The notes: generated by a model not told the origin, from the letters alone. DNA of 64,000 bases from Caldisphaera sp. (GCA_049971805.1 JBMFKU010000004.1:1-64000), one strand, 5' to 3'. Positions 9,592 through 20,141 are shown, counted from the stretch's first letter. Made by a program: numbers and translations.

Positions 9592-10158
9592 GTGTGTATG
9601 TATCTGGAGCTCCGATTTCATGGTAGAGGGGGAGAAGGTGCTGTAACTGCTGCTACAATATTGGCAAGAGCAGTTGTATTAGAGGGAAAATACGCACAAG
9701 CAATACCAAATTTTAATGCTGAAAGAAGGGGGGCACCTGTAGAAGTTTATTCAAGAATCTCAGACAAGCCCATAGAAAAACACAGCCAAGTTAAAAACCC
9801 AGATGTGGTAATAGTGTTAGATTATGAATTAATTAAAATAGTTAATATTTTAGATGGATTAAAACCTGATGGAATAGTAATTGTCAACTCCCCAGTTAAA
9901 GAACCTCTAGGTAAAGTAAAAACATATTGTGTTGATGCAACAAGAATTGCTAAAGCTCATAACTTAGTTATAAGCGGTTGGCCTACGGTAAATACAGCTA
10001 TGCTAGGCACTTTACCTAAAGCTTTGGGCATAGTTTCCATAGACTCAATAACTAAGGCTATAGAAGAGCATTTTTCTTCTCCAAATGTAGCAAAATTGAA
10101 TTCTTCAGCAGCTTTAGATGCCTATAAAGAAACTATATTATGTGGTGATAAATATTGA
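9592..10158 (+). CDS. porC: 2-oxoacid (pyruvate-type):ferredoxin oxidoreductase gamma subunit
   Basis: ELRFHGRGGEG, AERRGAPV, VNTAMLG; likely start ATG 9598. Confidence 0.9.
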   Translation: MCMYLELRFHGRGGEGAVTAATILARAVVLEGKYAQAIPNFNAERRGAPVEVYSRISDKPIEKHSQVKNPDVVIVLDYELIKIVNILDGLKPDGIVIVNSPVKEPLGKVKTYCVDATRIAKAHNLVISGWPTVNTAMLGTLPKALGIVSIDSITKAIEEHFSSPNVAKLNSSAALDAYKETILCGDKY

Positions 10159-10222
10159 TCTCTTATTTTTATATATTTAATTTATTTAAGCTTGTAGGTG
10201 TGTACATAAGAGGGTACGAGTA

Positions 10223-10534
10223 ATGTCGGATCAAACTATAATAGAAGAACCCAAATCATATTGGGCAGCTCCACTTTCAACTCCAGGATTCGGATCATCA
10301 GGAAAAACGGGATCTTGGAGGACAGAAAAACCAATTATAAATGAAGAAAAGTGTACAAAATGTCTTATTTGTTGGTTATATTGTCCTGAAGATACTATTT
10401 TGAGAAGGGATGATGATATGGTTTATATAGATTATGATTATTGTAAAGGATGTGGCATTTGTGCAAATGTCTGTCCTGTTAATGCTATTGATATGGTACC
10501 AGAGATTAAGGGGGAAAAGCAGGATGGCGATTAA
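10223..10534 (+). CDS. porD: 2-oxoacid:ferredoxin oxidoreductase delta subunit (2x[4Fe-4S])
   Basis: KTGSWR, CTKCLICWLYCP, YCKGCGICANVCP. Confidence 0.92.
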   Translation: MSDQTIIEEPKSYWAAPLSTPGFGSSGKTGSWRTEKPIINEEKCTKCLICWLYCPEDTILRRDDDMVYIDYDYCKGCGICANVCPVNAIDMVPEIKGEKQDGD

Positions 10535-11726
10535 AACACTAACTGGAAATTTTGCTGTTGCAGAAGCAGCTAAACTAGCAAGAATAAAGGTAACATCAGC
10601 ATATCCGATAACACCACAAACAACAATAGTTGAAAGACTATCTGAAATGATAGAAAAAGGGGAACTTGAAGCTAAGATGGTCAGGGTTGAAAGTGAGCAT
10701 AGCGCGTTGGCAGCAACATTGGGTGCTGCCGCAGCCGGTTCAAGAACATTTACAGCAACAGCAAGTCATGGATTATTATATATGCATGAAGTTCTTTGGT
10801 GGACAGCTTCAGCAAGAATTCCAGTTGTTATGGCCGTTGCTGCAAGAGCTATAGGAGCACCATGGAATATTCATGTTGAACATAGTGATATAATAGATCA
10901 AAGAGATACAGGTTGGATTATAGGTGTGGCTCAAGAAAATCAAGAAGTTTTAGACATGACTATACAAGCGTTTAGGATATCAGAAGACTCTTATGTATAT
11001 TTGCCAATGATTGTAGGTTTAGACGCATTTATTCTTACTCATACTGTAGCGCCGGTAGATGTTCCTGACCAAAAAGATGTAGACAATTGGTTACCTCCAA
11101 GAAAGCAGCCATACATTATTTCACCAGAAACAAAAATAGTTATGGGTAATGTAGCAAGCGATGAAGATTATTATATGATGAGATATTCAATTCAAATGGG
11201 TCAAGAAGCTGCTAAAAAGATAATTAAAGAAGTCGATCTAAGTTATGGTAAGGTATTTGGGAGGAGCTATGGTGGGCTGGTCGAGTGTTATAAATGTGAA
11301 GATGCAGATTATGTTATGGTATTGATGGGAAGTTGGGCAGGAGATGCAAAGGAATCGATCAAAATCTTAAGGGACAAAGGTATAAATGCTGGTTTAGCAA
11401 GAATAAGGTTTGTAAGACCATGGCCAGCAGAGATATTAAAGGAAAAATTAGGAAATAAGAAGGGAGTTATAGTATTTGATAGAAGCATATCATTTGGAAA
11501 TGTCGGACAATTATTTATAGAAACCTCATCAACATTATATGGTTTGACAAATATGAGAGGAGTAATAGCAGGTCTAGGAGGTGTCGATGTTTTGCCAGAG
11601 GATTTTGCAAATGAGGTAATGTATTTTGTACATGATGTTGAAGAAAATGGAAAAGTCTATGATCCAATTAGATGGCTATTACCAGTAAAGTATAGAAAAG
11701 AAAAAATTGAGGAGGTGACAGCATAA
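10524..11726 (+). CDS. porA: 2-oxoacid:ferredoxin oxidoreductase alpha subunit
   Basis: AYPITPQT, VESEHSA, TATASHGL; start moved to ATG 10524 (MAIKTLTGN). Confidence 0.92.
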   Translation: MAIKTLTGNFAVAEAAKLARIKVTSAYPITPQTTIVERLSEMIEKGELEAKMVRVESEHSALAATLGAAAAGSRTFTATASHGLLYMHEVLWWTASARIPVVMAVAARAIGAPWNIHVEHSDIIDQRDTGWIIGVAQENQEVLDMTIQAFRISEDSYVYLPMIVGLDAFILTHTVAPVDVPDQKDVDNWLPPRKQPYIISPETKIVMGNVASDEDYYMMRYSIQMGQEAAKKIIKEVDLSYGKVFGRSYGGLVECYKCEDADYVMVLMGSWAGDAKESIKILRDKGINAGLARIRFVRPWPAEILKEKLGNKKGVIVFDRSISFGNVGQLFIETSSTLYGLTNMRGVIAGLGGVDVLPEDFANEVMYFVHDVEENGKVYDPIRWLLPVKYRKEKIEEVTA

Positions 11727-12670
11727 TGCCAGTAAGATTAGCTGATTTTCCTAGAATAAGATACGGAATGCCCGGTAATGCAGCATGTCCAGGATGTCCA
11801 GAAACCATGGGACTAAGATATGTTAAAATGGCACTGGGAGATAATGCAGTTTTAGTCATACCTGCTGGATGTAGTAGCATAATACAGGGATATGTTCCAA
11901 AAAGTGGTATCAATTTTCCCATTTTAAACATAGTTTTTGCAAGTGCAGCAAGCGCAGCATCAGGTATGGCAGCAGCCTTTGAGTCGCAAGGTAAAAATGT
12001 AAATGTTATTGTATGGGCAGGAGACGGAGGTACTAGCGATATAGGATTTCAGGCTATAAGTGGAGCGGCAGAAAGAAATGATAACATAATATATATATGT
12101 GTAGATAATGAGGCCTATATGAACACTGGAATTCAAAGAAGTGGTTTAACACCTTATGGTGCATGGACTACTACGACTTGGACTGGAAAGACTGAGCATA
12201 AAAAGAATATACCAATGATAATGATAGCTCACGATGTACCTTATGTTGCTACAGCTTCAGTTGGATATCCACAAGATTTTATAGATAAACTAAGAAAAGC
12301 TACTAAAATTAAAGGATTTAAATATATTCATTTGCTTGCTCCATGTCCAGTGGGCTGGAAATTTGAACCAAATCTAACAGCTAAATTAGGTCAACTTGCA
12401 GTTCAAACAGGTTTATATCCGTTGTTCGAATATGAAAATGGAAAATTAACTGTTAGTGTTTTCAGTAGGCTCTATAGAAGACCTGAAAGGAGGATTCCTT
12501 TAATTGAATATATAAAGGTTCAAGGAAGATTTGCACAATTAATGAAAGATCCAGAAAAAATTAAAGGTTTAGAAGAAGAGATTGATAGGCAATGGAAATG
12601 GATTGATATGCTAGAAAAGGAGTCTTCACCAAACAATGTAGCAGCTCAAATAACTAAAGAAAATAAATAA
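11726..12670 (+). CDS. porB: 2-oxoacid:ferredoxin oxidoreductase beta subunit
   Basis: ACPGC, GDGG TPP motif, DNEAYMNTGIQRS, APCPVGW. Confidence 0.92.
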   Translation: MPVRLADFPRIRYGMPGNAACPGCPETMGLRYVKMALGDNAVLVIPAGCSSIIQGYVPKSGINFPILNIVFASAASAASGMAAAFESQGKNVNVIVWAGDGGTSDIGFQAISGAAERNDNIIYICVDNEAYMNTGIQRSGLTPYGAWTTTTWTGKTEHKKNIPMIMIAHDVPYVATASVGYPQDFIDKLRKATKIKGFKYIHLLAPCPVGWKFEPNLTAKLGQLAVQTGLYPLFEYENGKLTVSVFSRLYRRPERRIPLIEYIKVQGRFAQLMKDPEKIKGLEEEIDRQWKWIDMLEKESSPNNVAAQITKENK

Positions 12671-12772
12671 CAATAAGTATTTTGTAAATGTTTTTAAGGT
12701 TTTAAATCTTTTTTTTGTATTTTTAAACAAGATACCTTTATTCCCTCTGTAGCTCTTAAATAATTAGGATAG

Positions 12773-13927
12773 GTGTACAGTTTGAGCGAGGAATCGGCTA
12801 ATCTATTGGATATGGCAAATAAATTCTTAGCAGCACTAGAAGATCCATTCGTAGGAAGGCATGAAGAAGCACTAGTCATAACTTTATCATTAATAACAGG
12901 TGAGCATGTAGTTTTAATTGGAGAGCCAGGGACAGCAAAGAGTGCTATGGCTAGGAGGTCAGCAGATTTATTAGAAGCAAAATATTTTAAATACTTACTA
13001 ACAAAATTTACTGAGCCAAGTGAATTGTTTGGACCATTAGATATAGCAGGTTTAAGAAGAGGTGTTTATAAGAGAATAGCAACTAAAAAACTCCCTGAAG
13101 CAGAAATAGCATTTTTAGATGAAATATTTAATGCTAATAGTGCTGTTTTAAATAGCATTTTAAGTATAATGCAGGAGAGAGTTTTATACGATGGATACAA
13201 CGAAATTAAAGTTCCACTCTGGACCTTAATGGGAGCATCGAATAGAGTTCCAGAGGAGCCTGAATTAGAGGCTCTTTATGATAGATTCCTTTTTAGGCAT
13301 AATGTTAAGCCAGTAGATGAAGAGCATTGGGAAAGTTTACTAGATGCATCGTGGGAAATAGAAAAGGGCATTTTTGCAACAACCAACAAAATAATGGAAA
13401 TGGGTAGCGTGAAATCACTTAATTCAATGTTATTTAAGGTTGACTTGGATGTAGTTAAAAATAAATTGTTAAAATTATTTATGATTTTAAGTGAAAAAGG
13501 ACTGCAATTAAGTGATAGAAGAAAAGGTAAAATACTAAAAGCAATAGCCGCACATGCCTTATTGCAAAAAAGATACCAAGCCACAGAATCCGATTTAGTA
13601 GTTTTAAAATATACTGTACCAAAGGATATCGAGGATTTTGATAAAATAGAAACTATTCTAATGGAGGAACTAAAAACAAAGGATAGAGTTATAAGAGAGC
13701 TAGAAGAAGTTTCAGCTAATATTAAGAATTCAAGAAGGAGTATACAACAAATGCAGAGCTTTGATCCTAGATTGCTCGAAATATATAAGAACTTAAAGGC
13801 TTCTAAATCGAAGGTTCAGAATTTAGTTCAAGATATAGAGGATGAAGAGGTTAGAAAGAAGGCCGAGGAAATTAATGAGATGATAGAATCATTATCTCAA
13901 GAAATAATGATAAAGTTAAATATGTAG
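12773..13927 (+). CDS. MoxR/RavA-family AAA+ ATPase
   Basis: GEPGTAKS, TEPSELFGP, FLDEIF, ASN, ALYDRF. Confidence 0.9.
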   Translation: MYSLSEESANLLDMANKFLAALEDPFVGRHEEALVITLSLITGEHVVLIGEPGTAKSAMARRSADLLEAKYFKYLLTKFTEPSELFGPLDIAGLRRGVYKRIATKKLPEAEIAFLDEIFNANSAVLNSILSIMQERVLYDGYNEIKVPLWTLMGASNRVPEEPELEALYDRFLFRHNVKPVDEEHWESLLDASWEIEKGIFATTNKIMEMGSVKSLNSMLFKVDLDVVKNKLLKLFMILSEKGLQLSDRRKGKILKAIAAHALLQKRYQATESDLVVLKYTVPKDIEDFDKIETILMEELKTKDRVIRELEEVSANIKNSRRSIQQMQSFDPRLLEIYKNLKASKSKVQNLVQDIEDEEVRKKAEEINEMIESLSQEIMIKLNM

Positions 13928-13938
13928 AGGTAAAAACT

Positions 13939-15297
13939 ATGAAAGAAAATGAAAACAAAACAAACGAGAATAAAATAAAAAGAAGTAGCATATACAATGA
14001 AATAGGATACATAGATGACTTGAGGCTATATAAAGGAGAAAAAATACTGTCTATTGCTAAAGAGCTCTCAGGAAAAAATCTAGATCCTAGAATTTCCTCG
14101 TTACTAGGAGTGGATTTGTTTTATACTTATTATTTACCAATACCTTCTGTTGATGAGAGACCTCCAGAAGATAATGAAGAAGAAACATTTAGAAGGTCTG
14201 TTATTTCTGCTTTATTGAAAACAGAATCTATGTGGAAAACAAAAATTTTTACTTCTGCAGATAGTGTTACAAGTGTTGTAGCCGCAGCCTCCTTTTTAGA
14301 GAAATTAAATAGACTTTTACCACCAGATAAGAGTAAAGAGAAAGGTAATGAAGGCTCTAATGATAATGAATCTGATAACGAAGGTGATAATTCGATGCAA
14401 GAACTACAAAACGCAGTGCAAAAGGCATCAGAAGCTGCAATGAAAGATTCGGAAATGGCAAAAGAGGTTAAGATGATAGCAGAAAAGATGGGAGCAGGTA
14501 GGGGTTCGGTTTTCTCTTTAGATAGTTCAGCAGAAGAAATTTTAAAATTAGCAAGAGAAACTGATGTAGCAAGGATTCTAGAAAAAATTGAAGGCTTAAA
14601 AATGATAACCAATGCTAAGGCTAAAAACTCAATAAATTATTCTAAAGGCTGGATTACAGGAGTTGAATATGGAGGGGATATAGAAAGGGTTCATTATAGT
14701 CAATTAGCTTTCCCGAGTATAATGTTTTATGCAGAATATGCTAATGATAGATTATTGCTTTATGAAAAAAATTTACCTTCTAATAAAGGGCCTATCTACG
14801 TTCTATTAGATAAAAGCGGGAGCATGGTTGGATCAAAAATAGATTGGGCTAGAGCTGTTGCCGTTGCCTTATTTAAAAAAGCTATGGATGAGGGAAGAAC
14901 ATTTTTCGTTAGGTTCTTCGATTCAGTACCTTATCAACCAATGAATGTTAAAAGCAATGCTAAGGCTAACGATATATTAAACATATTGTCATATTTGGCT
15001 AGGGTAAAGGCTGGAGGAGGAACGGATATAACTAGAGCAATATCATCAGCTGTTGATGATATGGAAAAAACTAAAAACATAAGCAAGGATAAACCTAGCG
15101 ATGTAGTTTTAATAACAGACGGTGAAGATAGATTAAGTCCAGAAATAATAAATAAATTATTAAAGAAATCAAATTCGAGGCTTCATTCAGTTATGATACA
15201 AGGTCACAATGCATTTTTACAAGCAGTTTCTTTTAGGTATTTAACAGTTAAAAGATTAGAGCAAAAAGAAGCATTGGAAGTTGCAGATTTCTATTAG
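13939..15297 (+). CDS. VWA-domain protein (ViaA-like)
   Basis: MIDAS LLDKSGSM, GGGTDI, LITDGED; directly follows the AAA gene. Confidence 0.88.
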   Translation: MKENENKTNENKIKRSSIYNEIGYIDDLRLYKGEKILSIAKELSGKNLDPRISSLLGVDLFYTYYLPIPSVDERPPEDNEEETFRRSVISALLKTESMWKTKIFTSADSVTSVVAAASFLEKLNRLLPPDKSKEKGNEGSNDNESDNEGDNSMQELQNAVQKASEAAMKDSEMAKEVKMIAEKMGAGRGSVFSLDSSAEEILKLARETDVARILEKIEGLKMITNAKAKNSINYSKGWITGVEYGGDIERVHYSQLAFPSIMFYAEYANDRLLLYEKNLPSNKGPIYVLLDKSGSMVGSKIDWARAVAVALFKKAMDEGRTFFVRFFDSVPYQPMNVKSNAKANDILNILSYLARVKAGGGTDITRAISSAVDDMEKTKNISKDKPSDVVLITDGEDRLSPEIINKLLKKSNSRLHSVMIQGHNAFLQAVSFRYLTVKRLEQKEALEVADFY

Positions 15298-15343
15298 TTA
15301 TAAATTTTTAATGAAGATTATTTAATCAAGATAAACAATATGC

Positions 15344-15374
15344 TTTAAGCTCTTCAGAACATGAAGAGCTTAAA
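15344..15374. repeat. Perfect 13-bp inverted repeat between convergent genes
   Basis: tttaagctcttca-gaaca-tgaagagcttaaa. Confidence 0.7.
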
Positions 15375-15388
15375 AACTTTTGGACACT

Positions 15389-15876
15389 CTAGCTTCTTAA
15401 TATACTTCTGATCGGTGAGCGCTTACTGAAAACAAGCAATGATATAATAGTAAAATCGGCTATTATCATACCATGCATTATTGTACAGTATATACAAATT
15501 GCATGCAGCACTACCAGCTCCAGATATATTAAATAGGGAACTATAGCAAGGCCTATGAACCTCCAGATAAACAGCATACTCAATGATGATTTTGCAATCA
15601 GTGCTGGGGCATACAACACGGTTAGTGATAACACTATGTTTATAATAAACCAGATCGCAGCAAGCAATCAAGAGAAAAGGGTCCAACCTTTGCATAGGGA
15701 CTTGAGAGTACTATTCTACAGTTTATCTCAACCGACCTAGAAGGACTTTTGAACACACATAGAGGCGGCATGTGGTGTAACATATAGTACTCGTAGAGCA
15801 CTACAAATGATGAGACTAGTCCTGCTATGGAAAATGCAATGAGGAAAGTAGCCTTTAGGGGTTGTAATCTTGCCAT
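15389..15876 (-). pseudogene. Vitamin K epoxide reductase (VKOR) family protein, frameshifted
   Basis: N-half has loop cysteines (PLC..INCRIVLSSPYA); C-half has YLELVVLHAICIYCTIMH (CxxC); single-base shift near 15667. Confidence 0.8.
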
Positions 15877-16182
15877 ACATGGTCAGGATATATTATAATA
15901 ATTTAGGTTTATAAATCTATATTAAGAGAATGATACCAGCCGTTGTTGAAGTACCTTATCTTCTTTCTTATTGTGGGATAAGTGATAGATCAAATGATTT
16001 AGCATGTATATACTCAAAATATCTTTGAAGATATTTAAGATATGTGCATCTTGTAATTCATATAAAATGTTTTGTTGCATATCTTCTTCAATATCATTAC
16101 TATTACAGGTTTTTTTCCACATAGCGCTTATTTAAGAAAAATTGCAAAATCCTTCGAGGTGGGAAAGATCAGAAAATATAAG

Positions 16183-17031
16183 TTATGGTTTTATTTTATA
16201 TGCGTTTTCTACGTTTTCTACGTTGATTTTATATAGGTATTTTTCATCTATACTGAGCCTATTATATATATCTAGTATCTTTTGAGGTAATTCCCAAGGA
16301 GCTACTGTTTTTTTAATATTTGGCATATCTGGGAAATCGCTTTCTATCATGAATATAGGAGGTAAGCTACTAAATGCCTTACTTAATACAGGATCTATAC
16401 CATATAATGTAGCAGAATATCCCAAATTATATGCATCAATAATCATAGAGGGTTTGGCGTGATGAAAAACAATTTTCCTCTTATCTTTTATATTTATCTT
16501 ATTGACACTATAATCTATAATTTTAACGGTGTCTATATTGGAATTCTCTAGATGCAAGTGAACCATACAATCATTATCTTTTGCTATCTCTAGTGCTTTT
16601 TCCAAAATAATTTGTGATACAGCAATTCTTTCTGGCATTGATTTATAATGTTGCCTTCCAACTTCTCCTAATCCAAATAGCTGGCCTTCCTTACACAGAT
16701 TTCCTTCATATTCTACAACCTTTAATCCTAAGTCAAGCACATAACTAGGACTAGCATGATATTTATCAATAATAAAATCTATATCTTCAGGATGAAAACC
16801 TGCTATACATACAGATTTAATTCCTAAATTGTTTGCTTTTTTACATTCATTTATTTGATATTCTATCATTTTTTGATAGGATTTAAATCCTTGAAAATCA
16901 TCAAAGTAATCCCATGGAGAAGCTGAAATAAACGATATAAACCATCCATTTTTTTCCTTAAATTTTTCAGCTATCTTATATCCTAATCCTTTTACTGGGT
17001 TTATATGCGAATGAGCATCTGCAAATATCAT
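16183..17031 (-). CDS. TatD-related metal-dependent hydrolase
   Basis: DAHSH, GFHP, GLGEVGRQHY, HLHLE, ESDF. Confidence 0.85.
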   Translation of the reverse strand: MIFADAHSHINPVKGLGYKIAEKFKEKNGWFISFISASPWDYFDDFQGFKSYQKMIEYQINECKKANNLGIKSVCIAGFHPEDIDFIIDKYHASPSYVLDLGLKVVEYEGNLCKEGQLFGLGEVGRQHYKSMPERIAVSQIILEKALEIAKDNDCMVHLHLENSNIDTVKIIDYSVNKINIKDKRKIVFHHAKPSMIIDAYNLGYSATLYGIDPVLSKAFSSLPPIFMIESDFPDMPNIKKTVAPWELPQKILDIYNRLSIDEKYLYKINVENVENAYKIKP

Positions 17032-17143
17032 TTAATACCCCCAATTACTTAGCTTTTAATTAAACTAATATATTTGGATAATTTCATAAAAAGTAAAAAT
17101 ATAAATTGTTGTTTTTAAATTAAAAAACTAAAGGCGAAATACA

Positions 17144-17993
17144 ATGAAGATAGCAGTAATAGGTTTAGGCAGAATGGGGAGAGGTATTGCATTAAACCTA
17201 TTGAGAAAAGGATATGAGGTATCAGGTTTCGATATAGATGAAAACTCAATAAAAACTAAAGGGGATAAAAAATTTTATTCCTCTTAAATCAATTTTTTAT
17301 GCAAAAGATGCCAATTTTATATTGTTGGTTTTACCTACTGGAAAAGAGGTTTTAGAAACAATAAATCAATTTGACGATTATAAAGGGATAATAATAGATA
17401 TGACAACACTCGGTTATGACGAACTTGATGAAATAAAAAAGATAGTAAGCAAAAAGAAATTAAATTATATTTCATCAAAGATTGAAAGAGGTCCTGCAGA
17501 TGCTGAGGCGGGAAAACTGATTTTATATGTAGGTGGTGATGAAAGCTTATTTAATAAATCAATAGATTTGCTTAAAGATATGGGCGATTTTATATATGTA
17601 GGTAGTGATGAGCAAGCAAATCTAGTAAAATTAATAAGTACATTATTGTTAACAGCTAATACATTGCTTTTAGCAGAGATATCGCTAATTCATGATAAGA
17701 TTGGTATAGATAAAGAAATATTACTTAAAGCATTAAGTATGGGTGGGGCTGATTCTGTACAATTAAGATCAAGATTTCCAATGATTATAAACAATAGTTA
17801 TAAAGAAGTTTTTAGCATATCGCTAGGATCATATGTTGCAGAAAAAATGATAGAGTTTATGAGAAAGGAGGGAATAAACTATACACCTCTATTAACAGAT
17901 GTAACAGAAATATTAAAGTTTGGAAGGATTTTAGGAACAGGTAATAAGGATATAGCTGAGATAGCAACACTATATAAGAAACTTAATCATTAA
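17144..17993 (+). pseudogene. 3-hydroxyisobutyrate/6-phosphogluconate dehydrogenase-family NAD(P) oxidoreductase, frameshifted
   Basis: ATG 17144 gives MKIAVIGLGRMGRGIALNLL (Rossmann fold). The frame shifts near the A5 run at 17251-17255 into the ORF 17322-17993 (IIDMTT..VKL). Confidence 0.8.
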
Positions 17994-18032
17994 AATAAGA
18001 AAAATATTATTTTCTCCAGATGCATTAAACAT

Positions 18033-18425
18033 TTGGTGAGAAAAATGAAGGAAGCAGTTTATACAGATAATGCACCTAAACCTGTAGGCCCATATAGCCA
18101 AGGAATAGCATCTAATGGATTTTTATTTATATCAGGTCAAGTCCCCCTAGATCCAAAAAACGGGAAACTAGTTAGTGATAATTTTGAAGACCAAGTTAGG
18201 AGAGTTTTAGAAAATTTGAAAGCCATATTAGAAGAAGCGAATCTAACATTTGATGATTTGGTAAAAGTAACTGTATTTATGAAAGACCCCACAAAGTTTT
18301 CATTGTTTAACAATATATATTCTACATATTTTAAGGGATTATTTCCTGCAAGATCTGTGATATTTGTTAACGATCTACCTGTTGGTGCTCAAATAGAAAT
18401 AGAAGCTATTGCGGTAAAGCAATAG
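18033..18425 (+). CDS. ridA: RidA/YjgF family enamine/imine deaminase
   Basis: APKPVGPYSQG, ISGQVP, FPARS, IEIEAIA. Confidence 0.9.
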   Translation: MVRKMKEAVYTDNAPKPVGPYSQGIASNGFLFISGQVPLDPKNGKLVSDNFEDQVRRVLENLKAILEEANLTFDDLVKVTVFMKDPTKFSLFNNIYSTYFKGLFPARSVIFVNDLPVGAQIEIEAIAVKQ

Positions 18426-18434
18426 GGAAAACAA

Positions 18435-19046
18435 ATGTTTGATAAAATTAAAAAGCAATTTACAGACTTTTTTTCAATAATAAATTCTTTTCAGGAAGCA
18501 AAATCCATAGCAAGAAGAATGTTTATCACAAATTCATTTGATAGTTTGTTTGCCTCTCTTGGTGTATCGATAGGAGGTTTTCAAAAAAATGTAGATCCAT
18601 TAACATTAGGCATGAGTATTTTAGGTGGAGCACTTACTATGGGCATATTTAGTAGCTTTATAGCTGTTTATTTATCAGAAAGAACAGAAAGATTAAATGA
18701 TTTAAAGAAATTGGAAAAAGAGATCATGGTTTCATTAAAAGATAGCATTTATGGGAGATCAATAAATATACTAGCATTTTATATTTCTTTATGGAGTGGT
18801 GTAGGTTCTATTTTGTTTGCTTCATTAGTTTCATTACCATATTTTGTTTTTGTCATACTTAACATAAAAGTGACACTAGCATTTTTTGTATCTATAGCTA
18901 TAGCATTTTTTGAATTGGCTTATTTGGGTTATTATATGAGCAAAGTAAGTAATGAAAAGGTATTAATAAACATAATAAAAAATTTGGCTCTTGGAGTTTG
19001 TGCTATTTTATTAATATTAACTATCAAGCTATTTATTATAAAATAG
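18435..19046 (+). CDS. VIT1/CCC1-like membrane protein
   Basis: RRMFITNSFDS, MG..YLSERTE, multiple TM helices. Confidence 0.65.
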   Translation: MFDKIKKQFTDFFSIINSFQEAKSIARRMFITNSFDSLFASLGVSIGGFQKNVDPLTLGMSILGGALTMGIFSSFIAVYLSERTERLNDLKKLEKEIMVSLKDSIYGRSINILAFYISLWSGVGSILFASLVSLPYFVFVILNIKVTLAFFVSIAIAFFELAYLGYYMSKVSNEKVLINIIKNLALGVCAILLILTIKLFIIK

Positions 19047-19117
19047 CGGGGGGTGGATTTGAACCACCGACCTCGGGGTTATGAGCCCCGCGGGCTACCA
19101 GGCTGCCCTACCCCGCT
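19044..19117 (-). tRNA. Initiator tRNA-Met (CAU)
   Basis: AGCGGGG/CCCCGCT acceptor with A1:U72, GGG/CCC anticodon stem, CTCATAA loop. Confidence 0.93.
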
Positions 19118-19256
19118 TTCCCCCGCTACAAAGATTTTCGTAGTTTCTTGGGTTTTAATATGTTTTGTGTAGAAAACATTTAATGAAAATCTAATTGTAT
19201 AAAAATTGTTGTAACAAAAAAATTAAATGCCTTTGTTGTTTGGGTCCAATTAAATG

Positions 19257-19287
19257 GGCCCCCAGGCTCAATTTTAACCCGGGGGCC
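19257..19287 (-). terminator. GC-rich hairpin directly downstream of speH
   Basis: ggcccccagg..cccgggggcc; the single mismatch is a G-U pair on the minus (transcribed) strand. Confidence 0.5.
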
Positions 19288-19291
19288 TTTT

Positions 19292-19693
19292 CTATTCCAG
19301 GCTCCTATCAGTCACTCCAATTTCAACATCTTCAGGTTTCAATGCATTTACTATGCAGTCAAATGCTTTCTTTGGATCTGTATAAAATCCGCAACTATAT
19401 ACATCAACTGTAGCAAATCTATATTCAGGCCATGTATGAATCGTTATATGGCTCTCTAACACAATAGCCACTGCGCTAACTCCCTCGCCTATTTTCCATG
19501 CCTTAATATCAAGTATGGTCATATTTCCTTCTTGACCAGCTTTGCGTAGCAATTCTGATAGACCCTTTTCATCGCTCAAAAGAGGAGTATTATGGCAACC
19601 CTTTATGTTACCGTAAACATGGCGGCCTACTACTTTTGGTTTTTTGTTTTCAATGCTTTTATCTATATTGTATGTAGCTTGCATATATGGCAC
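19292..19693 (-). CDS. speH: S-adenosylmethionine decarboxylase proenzyme
   Basis: [32 protein letters not shown] matches the crenarchaeal AdoMetDC rather than the ArgDC paralog. Confidence 0.85.
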   Translation of the reverse strand: MPYMQATYNIDKSIENKKPKVVGRHVYGNIKGCHNTPLLSDEKGLSELLRKAGQEGNMTILDIKAWKIGEGVSAVAIVLESHITIHTWPEYRFATVDVYSCGFYTDPKKAFDCIVNALKPEDVEIGVTDRSLE

Positions 19694-19887
19694 CCCCCTA
19701 TTTAAGCCCTATACAATAATAGCCCCCCAGCACTTTAAAGCTTACTTTATCTTTTATTAAATATTAAAATAGTAAATTTATTAAAATAAATATGTTGTTG
19801 ATTTTATCATTTTGATTAAAATAAATAATATAAAATATAGATTATTTTAATTATAACCGGTCTGTATCTAATTAAAGGGGGATATAA

Positions 19888-20073
19888 ATGAAAGATTTGG
19901 AAAACAAAACACCTAGAGAACTAATTGATATGGTATACATAAGATTAGAGATGTTAGAAAAAGATGTATCGGAAATGGCAAAACAAGAAAATTCAAAGGG
20001 AAAATTAATAGCTATAGAGGAATGGATTGAAGAAATAAGGGATTTACTTAATGTAGTTAGAGTTAAGTGCTAA
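19888..20073 (+). CDS. Small helical hypothetical protein
   Basis: 61 aa, GGGGG SD-like motif, amphipathic helices. Confidence 0.6.
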   Translation: MKDLENKTPRELIDMVYIRLEMLEKDVSEMAKQENSKGKLIAIEEWIEEIRDLLNVVRVKC

Positions 20074-20141
20074 AAATTTAGTTATTAATTGCAGATTTCT
20101 TTAATTTTTTAAATAATAATTTTAAATTATATAATATAATG

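Noticed and set aside
9361-9621. 86-aa minus-strand ORF
   Set aside because: Runs across the ORB/DUE region with low-complexity composition
15922-16122. 66-aa ORF
   Set aside because: No recognisable motif or SD; possibly decayed foreign DNA, but not supportable as a gene
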